This document shows positions 37,399 to 51,375 of a DNA stretch of 64,000 nucleotides, in pieces. Position 1 is the stretch's first letter. Every line of letters starts with the position of its first letter. Both the position numbers and the translations under genes were made by a program. The stretch is from Neodothiora populina (Eukaryota). The notes under the pieces were generated by a model. The model was not told the origin of the DNA. It saw only the letters and a program-made list of their open reading frames with translations, and searched no databases. The DNA is taken from positions 1,116,001 to 1,180,000 of the forward strand of contig NW_027191414.1 in assembly GCF_041146345.1 (NCBI RefSeq), written 5' to 3'.

Positions 37399-37886
37399 TG
37401 CGCATGACTTTTACTGATTCCTGAAATACTACTGCCCGTATCGTTGCACTGCTAGAAGCGTTCACATGGATATGTTTCATTTCAGTAAGAGTGGAAGGGA
37501 ACATATAAAGTCATGACGTTGAACCGTCTTCTGAAGACATCATGTCTTCGAATGAGAAGTTTGGATATATCGAGTGAGTGTCAGGCAATTCAGTAACATA
37601 AACAGAGTGAGAAGATTCACAGAACGAGGCAAGGTAGACAACATGATAATATATGGATATACAGTATAAGCTAAGATAAAAGCGACCGAAATCTTGGCGG
37701 CAGCCACCAGGACCCTGACAACGAGGGTTTATCTGTGTATAAACAAGCACTTGGCAAGACGCCTGCATGTCAGATCAATACGGGCGATGGGATAGATAGT
37801 AATAAGTGTTTCGCGCATCTAGATTGACCCCAAGAGAGTCCGCGAGATAACACTACTCTGATCCGCTGCATCTTGTCTGTCCAGAC

Positions 37887-40389
37887 ATGGCTATGGATCC
37901 GCCGAAGAAGCCGACGACGTCGTTGTTTGATGTCTATCTCCGCCTGCGCCCTCCCTTCGCGCCTAATGCGGAACGCTTTCTGGAGGTAGAGGAAAAAGAT
38001 GATGGCACCAAGACTCATATTACCATTCGACCGCCTGAGAGCGAGAAGGCTCGCAAGAGAGCGATAGAGAAGTTTGCGTTCACAAAGGTCTTTGAAGAGG
38101 AGGAGTCACAGCTGGATCTGTTCCATGGCATCGGTCTTGGCTCGATCGTCGAGGGTGTTTTGGGCCAAGAAGGAAGAGAGGGACGGGATGGATTGCTCGC
38201 TACTCTGGGAGTGACGGGCTCGGGAAAGGTAAATATATGCTTTGAGGATGGAAAATGGAAAATGGACAGCCATGGCTAAGATATCAACAGAGTCACACAA
38301 TCCTCGGTTCACGCTCGCAACGCGGCCTGACACAGCTTTCTCTCGATGTGCTATACCAGAACCTCGACGACCAGCTTGTCCAAACCTCACATGACGACTC
38401 GGTATTCACTTCTTTGTGCAACGACGACAACTCCGAGGCGCAAATGCTCGCCGCCAGCACCTTTTTGGAGTCAATGTATGGAGATGGCGAGACGAGAGGC
38501 TACTCCAGAGGTGGCAGCCGAGCGGGCACCCCTTTGATGGTGAGTTCCTATTCTTTTTCTTTTCGTGTTCATGCTTTGGGCAGAAAGAGGCGCAGCAGAA
38601 AAATGTTGATTCAAACAAGTCCCCGACATCGCGAGGTTTCCACCCTTCACTGCATTCAAACACGCAAAATACACAAACGTCCGATAAGATGCCTTTTGGT
38701 CACAAACGTGCCCGTACTGCCGATTCCACTGCTGCTATGAAGTCTTTTCTTGGTTACCCGTCACGTGCAACACCAAAAGCACAAGCTGAACTTGTTCACG
38801 AAAAGGACATTTCTTGCATTTCTGGCGCGCGCCCTTCGACGGCGAATGGCCGCCCTAACACAGCCACTGGCACTCGTCCTTCGACCGTTGCAGGAGGTCG
38901 TAGGTATCTGCCTCGTCTATCCAACTTGCCGCAGTACCCGCTCGTTGAAGACATTGCGGTCAACGTCGATCCCACCGCCGAATATGCCATTGTCATAAGC
39001 ATGTACGAAGTGTACAACGATCGCATCTTCGACTTGCTCACCTGTACCGCTACGAAGAACCCGAAGGACAAGCGAAGGGCGCTATTGTACAAGCCTACCG
39101 AGGCATCTCCCGATCGCAAGGTCGTCGCTGGCCTGAAGAAGGTGATTTGTGGAAACCTCGATGAAGCACTGCTTGTGCTAGAGACTGGCTTGACCGAGAG
39201 AAGAGTGGCGGGGACAGGATCGAATGCTACCAGTTCGCGAAGTCATGGCTTCTTCTGTATAGAGGTCAAGAAGAGGCACTGTGGTGAAGCAGTGGGTCCC
39301 TGGTCGAGTAGTGCTCTGACTGTCGTGGATCTTGCGGGTAAGTCCCGGTCTCTATCATGAATGAAGCAATGACTAACATGAGTAGGTTCTGAACGTGCTC
39401 GCAACGCAAAGACAGCAGGAGCCACTCTAGCTGAAGCCGGCAAAATCAACGAGTCGCTCATGTACCTAGGCCAATGCATGCAGCTACAGTCCGACAACTC
39501 GACCGACTCTAGTCGGCCCCAAAACATTGTCCCGTACCGCCAATGCAAGCTCACCGAGCTGCTCTTCAGTAATTCATACCCATCCACCAACCCACGCGGA
39601 GGAGAATCGCAATCAAAGAAAGCGCCCCAAAAGGCCATCATGATTGTCACAGCGGATCCTTTGGGCGACTACAATGCCACCTCGCAGATTCTACGCTACT
39701 CTGCCCTCGCACGTGAGGTCACCGTGCCTCGCATCCCCTCTCTCACCTCAACAATGATCCACGGCGTGCCTACCCTTCCCAGACCAGGCACGGCAATGTC
39801 AGGCCGTAGCACGCCGACACTACGCGTGAACGAAATCGAGCAAGAGCTCCAAGCAGCACTACAGCAAATCAGTCTCCTACGCGAAGAGCTCGAGATGCAA
39901 CAGATGCGCCTGGAGGAAGAAACCACGCGACGCCGCCGAGCGGAAGCGAGCTGGGAGACAGCCGAGTCGCGCCTGGACACGCTCGAGTTTGAAGTCCGAG
40001 AAGAAGTCTGGAGCGAGATGGAAGAGCGCCTAGCTCAAGAACAGCGCCGATGGCGAGCCGCGCGCGACGCGGACCGCGAGAATGACGAGGCGTACGTTGA
40101 TCGCAAACTTGATATTTTGACCCGAGGAATGGAAGAGGAAGACCTCCACGTCGTCCCCGAAGAGGAAGAAGAAGACGAAAACGGAGAAAACGTCAACATA
40201 TACGAAGACGAGGAGCCGAGTATACTACAGCACGCTGAAGCACTAGAAGAGGAAAATGCCGCGCTGCGCGAGAAGATTGCGCGCTTGGAGGCCGAGAAGG
40301 AGAAGGCGCGCAGCCCGAGTAAGAAACTGCGCGTGCTGAAACAGAGACGTTGGGAGGGCAGTCAGGTTGGGTTGGATGGGAGTCCTTGA
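37887..40389 (+). CDS. kinesin motor protein (kinesin-6/Klp9-like); exons 37887-38228, 38291-38539, 38584 (or 38620)-39337, 39386-40389
   Basis: VYLRLRP, LGVTGSGKSHT, EVYNDRIFDLL, SSRSH, VDLAGSER, INESL, VPYRQCKLTELL, C-terminal coiled coil; acceptor of intron 2 ambiguous. Confidence 0.9.
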
Positions 40390-41159
40390 TTCCTTCTCTT
40401 TTCTTCTTTTTCACTTTTCACTATCCCGTCTCAGGGATGCACATATATAATTTTGTCTTTGTGTTTCGACGGAGGCATGGCATGGCATTGGGATATCGGA
40501 TAACTTTACTTTTCTTTTCTCACTGATATCTCCTTACTTTCCTATTTTCTTGTGCATGTCGTTGATGAACCCAATTTCTCTTCATCCGTCTGCGCTCTTA
40601 CCTAAATACCATGGCTTTGTCTGATGATCGAGTGATCGAGAGACTTTTTGTTGATTCATCTATATCCACTGTTCACTGTTTTCCTGTTTCAATTTCACGG
40701 AAAGGAGTAGGAGGCGACTGAAGAAGACAGGGCAGTACCTGCGTGTTGTATCCATCGACCATCCATCCATCCATCCCAACATCGCATCATCATCCTACCG
40801 TTGGCGGTTCAGCAACACAAAAGGGATGAAGGGTAATGTGGACGATAAAAGCTAGTATGAAAGACTTGCACAAGGTACACGGTAAATGATCAATCGTTGC
40901 ATTCCTTCAAATCCATGAGAATCTACTCGTACTCTTTATTTGCTGCTGCAACAATCGAACAAATACAAAGACAAAAACAGCTTCATCCACACTGATCAGG
41001 CTGGAGAAAAAGGGGAATCTTCGAGCAGGGGAAATAGGCGGGAAACAGAACAGAACAAATGCTTTCATGGCTGAGAAGCACGCGTCATCTCTCTCGTGGT
41101 AGGGATTAAGCCATAGAATAATTGCTGGCCCGCAGAGTACTGGAGTAGCCTGAAGAAAC

Positions 41160-42466
41160 TTAGTTCGCGACGGAAACAGCACCTGGGGCGGGAGCAGCGG
41201 GAGAGGCTTCCCCATCGATGCTTTGGTTATTTGTGCCCGACGGACCAGCGACTGGCTCAGGGGTCGCGGACGGAGCAGTCTGCGTGGATTTAGGGTTTTC
41301 TGCGTTAGAAGCAGAAGCAGCAGCAGCTGCTGCGCTTGCCGTTGCAGCGGCTCCAGAGCCATCGTATTTCGGTGTCGCTCCAGCGATATGGAGGTCAGGA
41401 CCGGTGCCGCCGTAGGCTTTGGGAATTGATGAGCCGAGGTCCTTGTGCAGTTCGGCGCCATAGCTCATCCATTTCATCTTTGCGATTGTTTCCTTGGCCA
41501 TGAAGATTTGCATTGCTGAGAACATCCATTGCATGAACTTTAGAGATTTTGTCAGCAAAAAGGACAATCGGGCTTGTAGATATTTGGTTGTTGAAAGGGG
41601 GCAAAAACTCACGATGGGGACATTGACAAAATACTTCTTTGCCATGGTCTCAGGATACATCTCCTGGAAGAGCTTGATCGTCTTCTGACTCGCTGCCTTG
41701 ACCTCAGATGGTTGACGCAAGAAGCTGACGGAGAGGTAGTCGTGGACTTGAAATGCTTGGTAAGGATCCACACCGTAGCTGAAGTCTGGAATAGGCTCTT
41801 TTGCATCTGCAAGGTGGAGATGATCGAGAGTGATTTCCATGAGCGCAACACGCCAGCGGATGAACCTGTCATGCTGGTCAGTAAAGTCGTTGAATTAGAC
41901 ATGGCGAAAAAAACCTCTTACCCGTCCAGATCACCAAACGTCTTCTTCATGTCTTTGACGCCTCCATAGATATTGAAAGCACAGGTGTCCACCTCATTAG
42001 GACTACCAGGGACACCCTTCAAGTCAACAACATAGCCAAGGCCGTCGAATCGGCTCTGGTCAAAAACCTCATCCATGACTTTACGCGGTTGAAACTCCTT
42101 TCTCCATTTCAGTGCAGCGGTAAGTTGTTTCACCGCGTCGGACACATGGTTATCATTTGCACGAAGGAATTTCTGCAGGATGATCAGAGTGCTGAAAGGG
42201 CAGGCCTTCTCGCTGTTGGAAGTATCCGTCAGTACTGCTTCTTGACAATACTTGAAATGATATGGACGTGAGAAAGCGAAAACTCACTCTTCATGAGGCA
42301 CTCGTAGCTCGACGCCATACATCTCGTAGTATCCCGTCTCCTCGATGATGTTGGGCAAGGCAGCGCTCATCTTGAGCAAGACGTGTCCGTCGGGCAAATC
42401 GGTCCAGTCGCCGGCCATCTTCGCGGCCGCTGCGCGCACTTTTTCCTCGATACTGACGGCCTGCAT
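41160..42466 (-). CDS. SFH5: CRAL-TRIO phosphatidylinositol transfer protein Sfh5; exons 42466-42288, 42212-41922, 41865-41613, 41537-41160
   Basis: EMYGVEL, LQKFLRAN, ALKWRK, FNIYG, FIRWRVALME, QVHDYLSVSFLR, FQEMYPETMAKKYFVNVP, IPKAYGG. Confidence 0.92.
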
Positions 42467-43229
42467 CGCTACACGGAGAAGACCATCAGCTCTCAGGAAA
42501 TTGAGATAGGTTGGCTGGCGAAGTCGGCTTAGATAAACATACCCTCTCCAGCATCATAAGGTACTGGGCCACTCATGTGGATTATCTGTATGGATTACAA
42601 TCCAAGATTGTATCTTTCTGCTTTGGTTACACTCGTGAAGTAGATTGTTCGTGAAAGTAGTGGGGTGATATTATGGTCAAACTGGTTAGATATGCGTGTT
42701 TATTTATCACAAGTCACGATCAGATAAGATGTTGGGGAAGTAGTTCATCTGGTCTAAGTATAGCACATTAAAAGTGGGGTATGACTGCTGCGGTGCCTTA
42801 TACCCACTGCAGAGTCATCAGGTGAATCATGTCTGATATGAACATAACGCTTAGAAGTGGATTCAATGCGTTGTTTATAATGGCATCGCTGTTACTGTCG
42901 GAGTTCGGCTGTCAATCTTTCTTCAGAGCGGTGAAGAAAAGTGGATTTGCAAGCTGAAGACGCAGTATTATTTGTATACCATTGCTCGCTGAAATACAGC
43001 CAGTCCTGAATCCTGTAGCTTATCCCGGATCATACCCGTGCCAAGCTACCTTATGAGAGAGATCATAAGTGACATCGACACCTTTTTCTAACCACGCTCC
43101 CCGGATATGCATATGCCCATTTGCCGTAGAGACTTTTGACCTCGTCTAGAAACGCCTGTAAACCAGATCTCCGCTGAATGACCTTCAACTCCCTATAATC
43201 AGTGCACTCCTTTACGTAAACATCTTGGA

Positions 43230-46200
43230 TCAAATGTACTCGTCATCGGTGTCATTCTTTTCTTCTGCTGTCGCTTGTTGTGTTGCGGCGGCCTGAGGCT
43301 GTCCACTTTGTGGTACCCGGTAGGGATTGCTGACAGATCTGTTTATCTGCGCCATACCGTTGTTCTGACCAGAAGTCCCACTCATGGTCTGATAGGGCTC
43401 TACATAGCTCGAGCCCTCCTGGCCTGCCATATATGCACTAGGGGTGGCGGGCAATGGCGATCCAACGTTGGGGCTTCCTAGTTGATCCGAGGCGATGCCA
43501 CTGCGAGTTGGCTGGAGACCTTGAGCCTGGGATCTGTACGTGTCATAGTCATTGGCCTGCATGGCTGCTGCGCCTCGCTGTGCGTAGTCTGTATATGCCA
43601 CCTGGGCTTCCTGAAAACCAGGCTCTTGGATTGTTGGGACGTTGGGAGTGGCTTGCCTACTATCTTGCCCCGGTCTGCGCTTTCCACGAGTCGATTCACG
43701 ACGTAGCATTCCGCGCACTTCTTCGAGAGCATCCGCACGCTGAACATTGTCACCAGAGGATCGCTCTCCAGCTAGAGTGCTGTTATCATCGCGCGAGTTC
43801 CATGCCTCATCGCGCGCTGGATCGTAACCGGCCGGTGCAGCGTTCAGGTCTTGTATGATCGCGTTCTGCATTGCGCTCAGTCCAAGTGGTGGCGAGCTTG
43901 TTGTCTTGGAGCGCGAGAGCTGGGGACTGAGTGTTGCAGCTGCCTGTTTCTTCGGCACCAAGCGAGATTCGTCCTTTGAATTAGCCGATGCATCACGAGC
44001 CTCCCTTGCATAACCATCGTCAACAGTGACAGAGTATGTTGGGTTATCTGAACTGCCAAGAGCGTCTCCGCCACCACCGGGGCCATAGATGGGCACGCGG
44101 CGAAGAGCAGCGACAAGGGCGCACATGAATTTCGATCGGCGCGCGGCTCTGAGGATTTCGTTGCCATAGTTGCCCTTGTGACGGATTTCAATTCTGAGCT
44201 GCAGCTTGGACATGTCTGAAGTGCCCAATACTTCAATATCAATGTCCGGTAGGAAGTCGCGGCTGTTGTCCTTGTCCGTGACAAAGGTCAAAAGCTCACT
44301 CTTGAGTATTTGTACGTCCTCGAAGCTGGTGTCAAATGATACATCTAGTGTCAGCTGCTCCTTCATGTATGGACTTCGACTGACGTTCTCGATCCAAAGT
44401 GTGTTCAGAACGTTGTTGGGGATTTGTACCATACGGCCTATGTCGGTACCAGCGACGCGACGGAAGACGGTAAACAGAAGGGAAATGTGATCGACGACCA
44501 ATTTGTCCAAGCCAATGTCTACGCGGTCACCCACATCAAATGGATGCTTGACGAAGATGAAGATGCAAGAACCCAGAAACTCCTGAGCAGTAACCGAAAA
44601 CACGAAAGACAGCGACAACAGTGTGGTTCCAGCTGTGGCGAGAGTTGTGAGGAAGTTCTTGTTGAGGAAGGCAATAAAGGTGAACACGACGATGATGGCA
44701 CATACAGCCATGAGAATTCGGTCCAGAACGTTGATTGCTTGATCGACATCATGCATACTGTTGCCGAGGGACTTGCGGTCGCGGCTGAGTTGGACAACGG
44801 TATTGACCGACTCCTCCAGAGAGATATCGCCGTTGCTGTCTTTGTCGAACATCAAAAATGCCTCCTCGGCCTCCTCCTTGTGGCTGTCGCCAAGCACCTC
44901 GGCGATATCCTCTTCGTAGAGAGCCTCTTTGCCTTCAATGACAAAAGACATCCAAATACGCCTGGCCAATGCCTCGGAGGTGCGTCGCTTGTCGAGCGCC
45001 TCGACAACAATACTGTGTGCGCTGTTGGGGTTGAAGACTTGTCGTCCGGTAATTTCCTGTGCAACATTTCCAAACGCCGAGGTGACCTTGTCGCCAAATC
45101 TGCCGACGTCCTGAATTAAGCGGAAGGGAGTAGCAGAACCTGAGCGACCGTGATTCTTTGATCCCCGCTTTGAAGCCTTCTTGCCTCTGCTTTTGCTTCC
45201 CCCAAATTCTTTTCCCAGTAGCGCAAGGTTGAGTTGATCACTGATTTCGTAGTCCTCTTCGGCGAATTCTTGACAGTACATGGGAAACAGTCGTCTGGAG
45301 GCGTCGTATAAGAGGCTGAGAAGGTAAACATTGCGTTTGGATTCTTTGATTTTGGCATTGAATTGCTTGCGGTGATAGTTGACACTGATGAGCTGGATGA
45401 TGAATTTCTCAACAAGCAGGACCAAAGTACTGAGAACGGCGGCACCGAGAATCTCATTCATGATGGTCTCCCAGTGCTTCAGTCCTGTGTCATTCTCGGC
45501 GCGATTTGTAGGGTTTCGAGTCATTATCTGGCATGGTCAGCGACCGCTTCGGGCTTTTGTATTGGCCAACCAGGCGTATACATACGGGAGCGAAAGTAGC
45601 CAATGACGTTATTGACCAACCCACAAGCGAGAAGGGGATCTCCAGAGCTCTTAAAATCAAGGCGTATTTGCGAGTATTTGAGCTGACCACACCGATGAGG
45701 AATTGGAACACATAAGGGAAGTAATGAGCGACGAGTTTTGAGCACCAGAGACTGAGCCAGACTACAAAAACATATAGTCAGAAAGGCGTGGCTGAGTTAG
45801 ACTTGCTGAGAGCGTCCAATGACTTACCAATTTCGATCCATGAGAAGAACCAGACAATCCTGACGCCGCCGAGTCTGGCATCTTGGGCGCTGGTGGCGCC
45901 GACAATAATCGGAATCGCGATAATAGCAGCGAGCGGAGTGACATAAACCAGATATCTCGTCAATGTACTGAAAGTTGTAATCTTCATGTAAATCCTGCCC
46001 ATCTTGTTGAGGACGTCTTTCTCGCCATCCTCGCCCACTTTGCCAGTGGTCTTGGAATTAGTCTTCTTCACCCGTCGGCCGCCGAACATGCGATGGCTGC
46101 TGTCGGGGTCTGCATCCGCGTGCTTCTGTAGTGGGGAAGAGGGGTCGTTAATGTTTGCCGTACTATCCTGCCTCTGGTCGGGCATGTCGTGAAGAGGTAT

Positions 46201-46317
46201 GTCGATGGTTGCGTCACCGGACTGCATGTTGTTGCCCTGTTCGTTTGGTATTGGGGAAAATCCGTGACGTGAAAGACGCTGGCTCGGTCGACGAGGAGTG
46301 TTGCTTCTAAGAGACAT
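43230..46317 (-). CDS. MscS-like mechanosensitive ion channel with EF-hand (Msy1/2 family); exons 46317-45828, 45761-45586, 45527-43230
   Basis: EF-hand FDKDSNGDISLEE, FVKHPFDVGDRV, ISLLFTVF, QIPNNVLNTLWIENVSRS, RRSKFMCAL; start could be ATG 46317 or a downstream ATG. Confidence 0.93.
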
Positions 46318-48024
46318 TTTGCGGATCGCGCAACGACCTCGTTCACCGCAAGGCAGGAAAATCACAAATTATCTCCAAATGAGCGCACTGGGAAGATCAT
46401 AAAAGAAACCGCAGATCTAGGCTTTGGGCAAAGACAACAGACAAGACAAATCCTGTGGGGGATGCGATTGGGGAGAAAATCATTAATTTCGCACAATCAA
46501 TTGACCGAGCAAGGACTGAGATCTGCTGGACCGGACAATCATTCGCTTTGCCTCGGGTCGTATCTCCAGTCACCAATCTGTATCGAGGAAGAGCAGGTGA
46601 CGAGGAATGGGCAGTGGGGAGGTGGATGCGTATGCACAGATGGCTGATTGATGGTGAAACACAAACCGCATAAACGACAGTGTGTTTGGAAGAGGGGTTG
46701 GGAAAATCGGCGTTATAGCATATAAAGTGGTCTCCTACACTTACATTCACTATACCGGTAGCCCTCTTCACCAGATTGCCTGATACAAGAATAGAATGGC
46801 AACTGTAACCTATTCCATTAGGCTCGACTCTGCCACAACGACTCTCGAGCTGAGTCTGTTTCTCCTCGATGGATTCTTACTTGAGAATGACGACAGTTTG
46901 AACTCACATTTTTCTTTCGCGCGGTGATGCTACTTTCGGAAACAACGGAGAAAAGACGAACCAAACCCTGGTGGACCATGCGCTCGGATATTTTGCCGCT
47001 GTCAGCCGTGACCCTTGCGTCGTACCTGCGTGTTTTAGCGTCTGTGGTTGGACCACTGCTTTGACTGCAACGCGCACATGAAACGTCAGCCGATCCACCT
47101 GCTCCTGCGTGCTGTTTGAAGATCATTGTTTCTTATGCCCCATTTGTCGGAAAATCACAACTTCCACCTTCATCGTATCCAATTTATCTGCCATGTTGTC
47201 ATCAAAATCGAGGGTTTCATCTCGTCATCTGTCTAGTGCCACTCTTACTCGACACCTTAATGTGATGTACTGGCACGACGGTGACGACGTGTCGAAGCTA
47301 CGAGACGTTCCAAAGTGACCGAGGATGAGGCCGCGTATCGCAAGACATTGAGTGCCAGCATTATTCATTGCAGAAATGCAAAATGTGCGTTGTATAGGCA
47401 ACTTCGTCTAGATGGTTATGATGTGTGATCCACTAGTAAGAGAGGTCGAGGAACAAGGTAAGGCAAGATATCTTGTGAACATCTTAGAAGCAAGCTGGAA
47501 GCAATGCTCAAATACATTTTCTGAATGAGGAAGCTACGATCTGACCACACAACATTCACGAAGTCGGCCATCATCGCTTCCTAACTCAGATTAGACAAGG
47601 TAAGATTGGTACAGCAAATCAGGTAGGGGGTATACTGCTGTGGCGATGGCTTGTGTTGTTTCCTCGCCTCCATCTGCACTATTCTCGAAGTTTACCTACT
47701 ACCTTGACTTCCTAAGAAGGTGTTTGTCAGAAACCTATTACCTCCTATCAGCCTCTTCACATCTCCTGGTATATTCCTACCCGTTCATATATCGATTGCT
47801 CCTTTTCTTCCAAGACGTTCAGGGCATGACCCGCCTAGGTACAGTCTCTTCTGATAAATCAGGAACATCGCGGACTCATCGACTAGCCCGAAAGGAAAGA
47901 CTTTACAACAGCGCCGCACATCATCGAGCAGGAGGTGTTGCTGTATTCGAGCCTGTCAGCTCTGCGACACTAGCTTGTGGTGATTCTCGTTCGTATAAGT
48001 CCCCTGTTCCGCGCAATTACCTGA

Positions 48025-49898
48025 CACCGGATAGAGAACCTCTTTGAGGGCCTCAGACATGTCTGTAGTGACTCAGCCAGCCATCACTGGTCCACAGCTC
48101 GGAATGACCACGCGACTAAACGGAAGAGTATCCGTCATCGACGCAAGAGGGCGGCGGTGACCAGAAAACACAGTGGCAAGGTCGACGCCGAGATCTCAAC
48201 CCTTGTCGATATGGCCCTCCGTCAAGCGACTGAGGGTCAAGACGCAAGCAATGTGGTGTGCTGGTATACTCCTGGTACATCTACACCATCTTCAGTCACC
48301 CGACAGACCATCGATACTATGCCTATGTGCCAACAGTCGTCTTTAGAGCCGGGTACTCTGCTACACTCCTCAGCGGACATCCCAGTAGCGTACGACAAGT
48401 CAAGTGGAGATTTGGCTCTAATCAAATGGTCACCTAAATACCTCCCAACAGCAACACCTTGTCGTTCACTACCTAATGACAACGTCCAGTGGAATTATAC
48501 CCCCATCATTAATATCGATGACAAAAAGATTCACATCACCTGGCCAGATCTGGTCCCTTTGCAAAGTGACTAGCATTCTTTCTCAAAGGCCTCCAAGTTC
48601 ATCCCACCGAGAAGTCTTTTAAGTGCGGCTGAAACGTCGACACCTTGCGAGCTGCAAAAGGCTTGCATGAAGCCCTCTACAGCTCAGTCAGCGGAAGTCG
48701 TGGCATTGGTGCCATCTGTGCCGTCAAGTCCTATCACCGTGGAGCCTGTCCCGTCCGCCTCTGGCATAGCACGATCGAGTGATACACAAGCTGCTGGGGG
48801 CTCTCCGTCGCTACCACAGACGCTTCATCATCCCTTGCAGATCTCTCGCGAGGCTGCAGATGTCTTTCTCGGTTGGGAAGCTGCCACTTCTCCAATGAAG
48901 CCTATCACAGCTTTCTCGTCCTACAAAGCCTATGAGGCAAGTTGCGCTTCTCGCGAAGAAGCTCAGACAACCGACCCTTTGCATCGAAATTCAGACGCTG
49001 CGCCCGGTTTTGTAGCAGCTTGTCTCCCAGCTTTCAGTGTAGAGGACTTTGATGCACCGGTGGATGAAGTGGTTGCTGCCAAAGATCCCGGAATCTGTTG
49101 CACGAACCCTGTAGCCGCGCCATTCGTCCACCTCGTTCAGCACGTCCTGAAGCTCCAACTCCCCAGCCATTGCCCGGGCTTGCTACAACCCAAAAGTCGG
49201 TTCAAGAGAGATGTTCAAGGCATAACGAACATAAGGACAGGGATGCATTATATCATTGTAAATCACAGTATGTTCTGGATGGGCCTGACTTTTCTCTTCC
49301 TGCATTCTTTGAGCTGGAGGCAGTAGATAATTCGGAAGCAAGAGCTATGCTTCAAACATGCAAAGCTTTTTACGCTTCTGAAGTCGACGATTATGGTACC
49401 GAAGCTAGACTGACTCGCCGCAAGAGTGATTTGGCAATCTATGGTTCCGGATACGCTGATTTGCATGAAAGCTCCGAGATCAGCGAGCACAGCTACGGAT
49501 GCAGCATTCGAGGATTTCCAAATGCACCCGGCTTCGTTAGAGATGAATCATCGTGTGATTTCGAGCAGTGGACATGGCTTTCTCCTGCCTTGGAGGCCGC
49601 TCCCAATCACGATTGGATTGTCGACTTCGAACTCGACCCATACGATTCTATCACAGACTCACAACTAAAGGATGATCAGCATGGTGGCTCGGATTCTAGT
49701 CGACAGTACTTGGAAGTGGCCAAACAGATCCCACGCCCACCATCACCTGTGCATGGGCAAACCCAGAGCGAAGAGCTTTCGAATATTGAGCATGGCCTCA
49801 CGCGATCAAATGATGGTTTTCTTGAGCTGGCCGGCATCGAATGGGGAAATGACGATGATTTCTATGCTGTTTCCCTCGGCCACGAGAGAGACTGGTGA
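48025..49898 (+). pseudogene. degenerate orphan ORF with an in-frame TAG and an apparent frameshift
   Basis: One frame is open 48025-49326 except for TAG at 48571-48573; a second overlapping frame is open 49098-49898; no recognisable domain. Confidence 0.3.
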
Positions 49899-50406
49899 TG
49901 CGTGGGAGCAAATTTGCAGCATGTGTCCCGTACTCTTCGTTCTGACACTGGCTTTGCTTTGGGAGAAGAGGGCATGATACTGTAGTCGCTTACCGAGAAC
50001 CAAGTAGGGGTCAAAGGCACCATAAGCTTTGTATGTCGATGGGGAACTACCCTACGAGCCTACCTTGGTGGTACGAGTAATATGAATCTGGATTCCATTA
50101 CACAAATACCCACCACGCTGTATAGTATACTAGATAGACGACTTGTTCATCCAGTGTTAGCCAAGTGGCAGGACCCATGTGTCATCGGTGTGGAGTAGAT
50201 ACTGGTGATGGTGCTTGTTCAAATACTTTAGGTTGAAGAGTGGTCACGCTTGACAATTTGTGGTACAGTTGATGCCCTCTTCCTGCCATCCAAGTAAAAG
50301 CCTCGCCCTCGCGTCAACATATCAGCCGAGTACAGTAGATCTACAATCTCACGCTCATATCTGGCGAAACGATAAGTTATCAGTAGAACGAACGGCAAAA
50401 GGAAAG

Positions 50407-50502
50407 CTCTCTGTCGGGGAATCGAACCCCGGTCTCCCGCGCTTGTATACGAAGCGTAGTTCGAATGACAAGCGGAAATCATGACCACTAGACCAACAAA
50501 GA
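50407..50502 (-). tRNA. tRNA-Asp(GTC) with 24-nt intron (50465-50442)
   Basis: TCTTTGT/ACAGAGA acceptor stem, D arm GGTCTAGTGGTCATGATT, TCCGC-TTGTCA[intron]C-GCGGG, T arm CGGGG-TTCGATT-CCCCG. Confidence 0.93.
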
Positions 50503-51270
50503 TTCGGAGCTTTGCGATATTCTTATCACGTGATAACTCGACTCTGATACTACCATAATATATTAAGCCCTATCCGGAATGCTTGATGGTTAATGGACAT
50601 TAGCTGTAATGCTATGAGACCTAGGGACGATAAGTCAACATATGATTTTACTGTAGAATTGCACGCCGCTGTCCATCTCCGCGGATCGTCGAAAGTACTA
50701 AATCTACTTGGAGATTGTGTGAGCGTCGTCCCGGAAATATGCTGCACGTCAAATATACGAGATGTGCTGTATTAAACAGTGGACCAAACAACGCTTGCTT
50801 TCCCATGTCCTTCATAGACGATGCTTCAAATTGTACTGATCGAAATCACAATAGTACTGACCATTGTTAATGCATACGACTCGTACGAAGATAACATACC
50901 TCCAAAACCCTCCTTCAACCAACATATCCAGGACGTTGAAAGTCCAGGCTCGACGAACAGGGTTGCCCTCGAGTGGAAGACTCGGCGAATCCAGCCGAGG
51001 TATGGTTTCTAAGGATTGCTTCCTTGCGACGAGGGCATGAGGTACAACAAGGAAGATTACAAGACTACTTCCCAATGCGTGTATTCACATAGTGTCCACA
51101 CAAAGTAGAAAACAAGCCAAGCTGCTCGAGTCAATATTCCCACGACCTGATATCGTCGTGGAGTCACCTAGATGATGCTCGACTGATCAAAGCTGAATGT
51201 CGCGTATTACCACGTGCAACAAGATGTTGAGCTTTATAAACGAGTATAATGAGTACTGCATTCATCAATT

Positions 51271-51375
51271 GGCGCGATGGCCGAGCGGTCTAAGGCGATA
51301 GACTAGAACTTGAATGAATTCGATTCTCGATATCTATTATCTTCGGATGCGCAGGTTCAAATCCTGCTCGCGTCG
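51271..51375 (+). tRNA. tRNA-Ser(AGA) with 23-nt intron (51309-51331)
   Basis: GGCGCGA/TCGCGTC acceptor stem with G discriminator, ATAGA-CTAGAA[intron]A-TCTAT, long variable arm, GCAGG-TTCAAAT-CCTGC, downstream T-runs. Confidence 0.93.

Noticed and set aside
41538..41612. In-frame stop-free introns in SFH5 (75 nt) and qutB (66 nt, 56857-56922) as exitrons
   Set aside because: Strong consensus splice signals, and retention would interrupt conserved domain cores; probably constitutive
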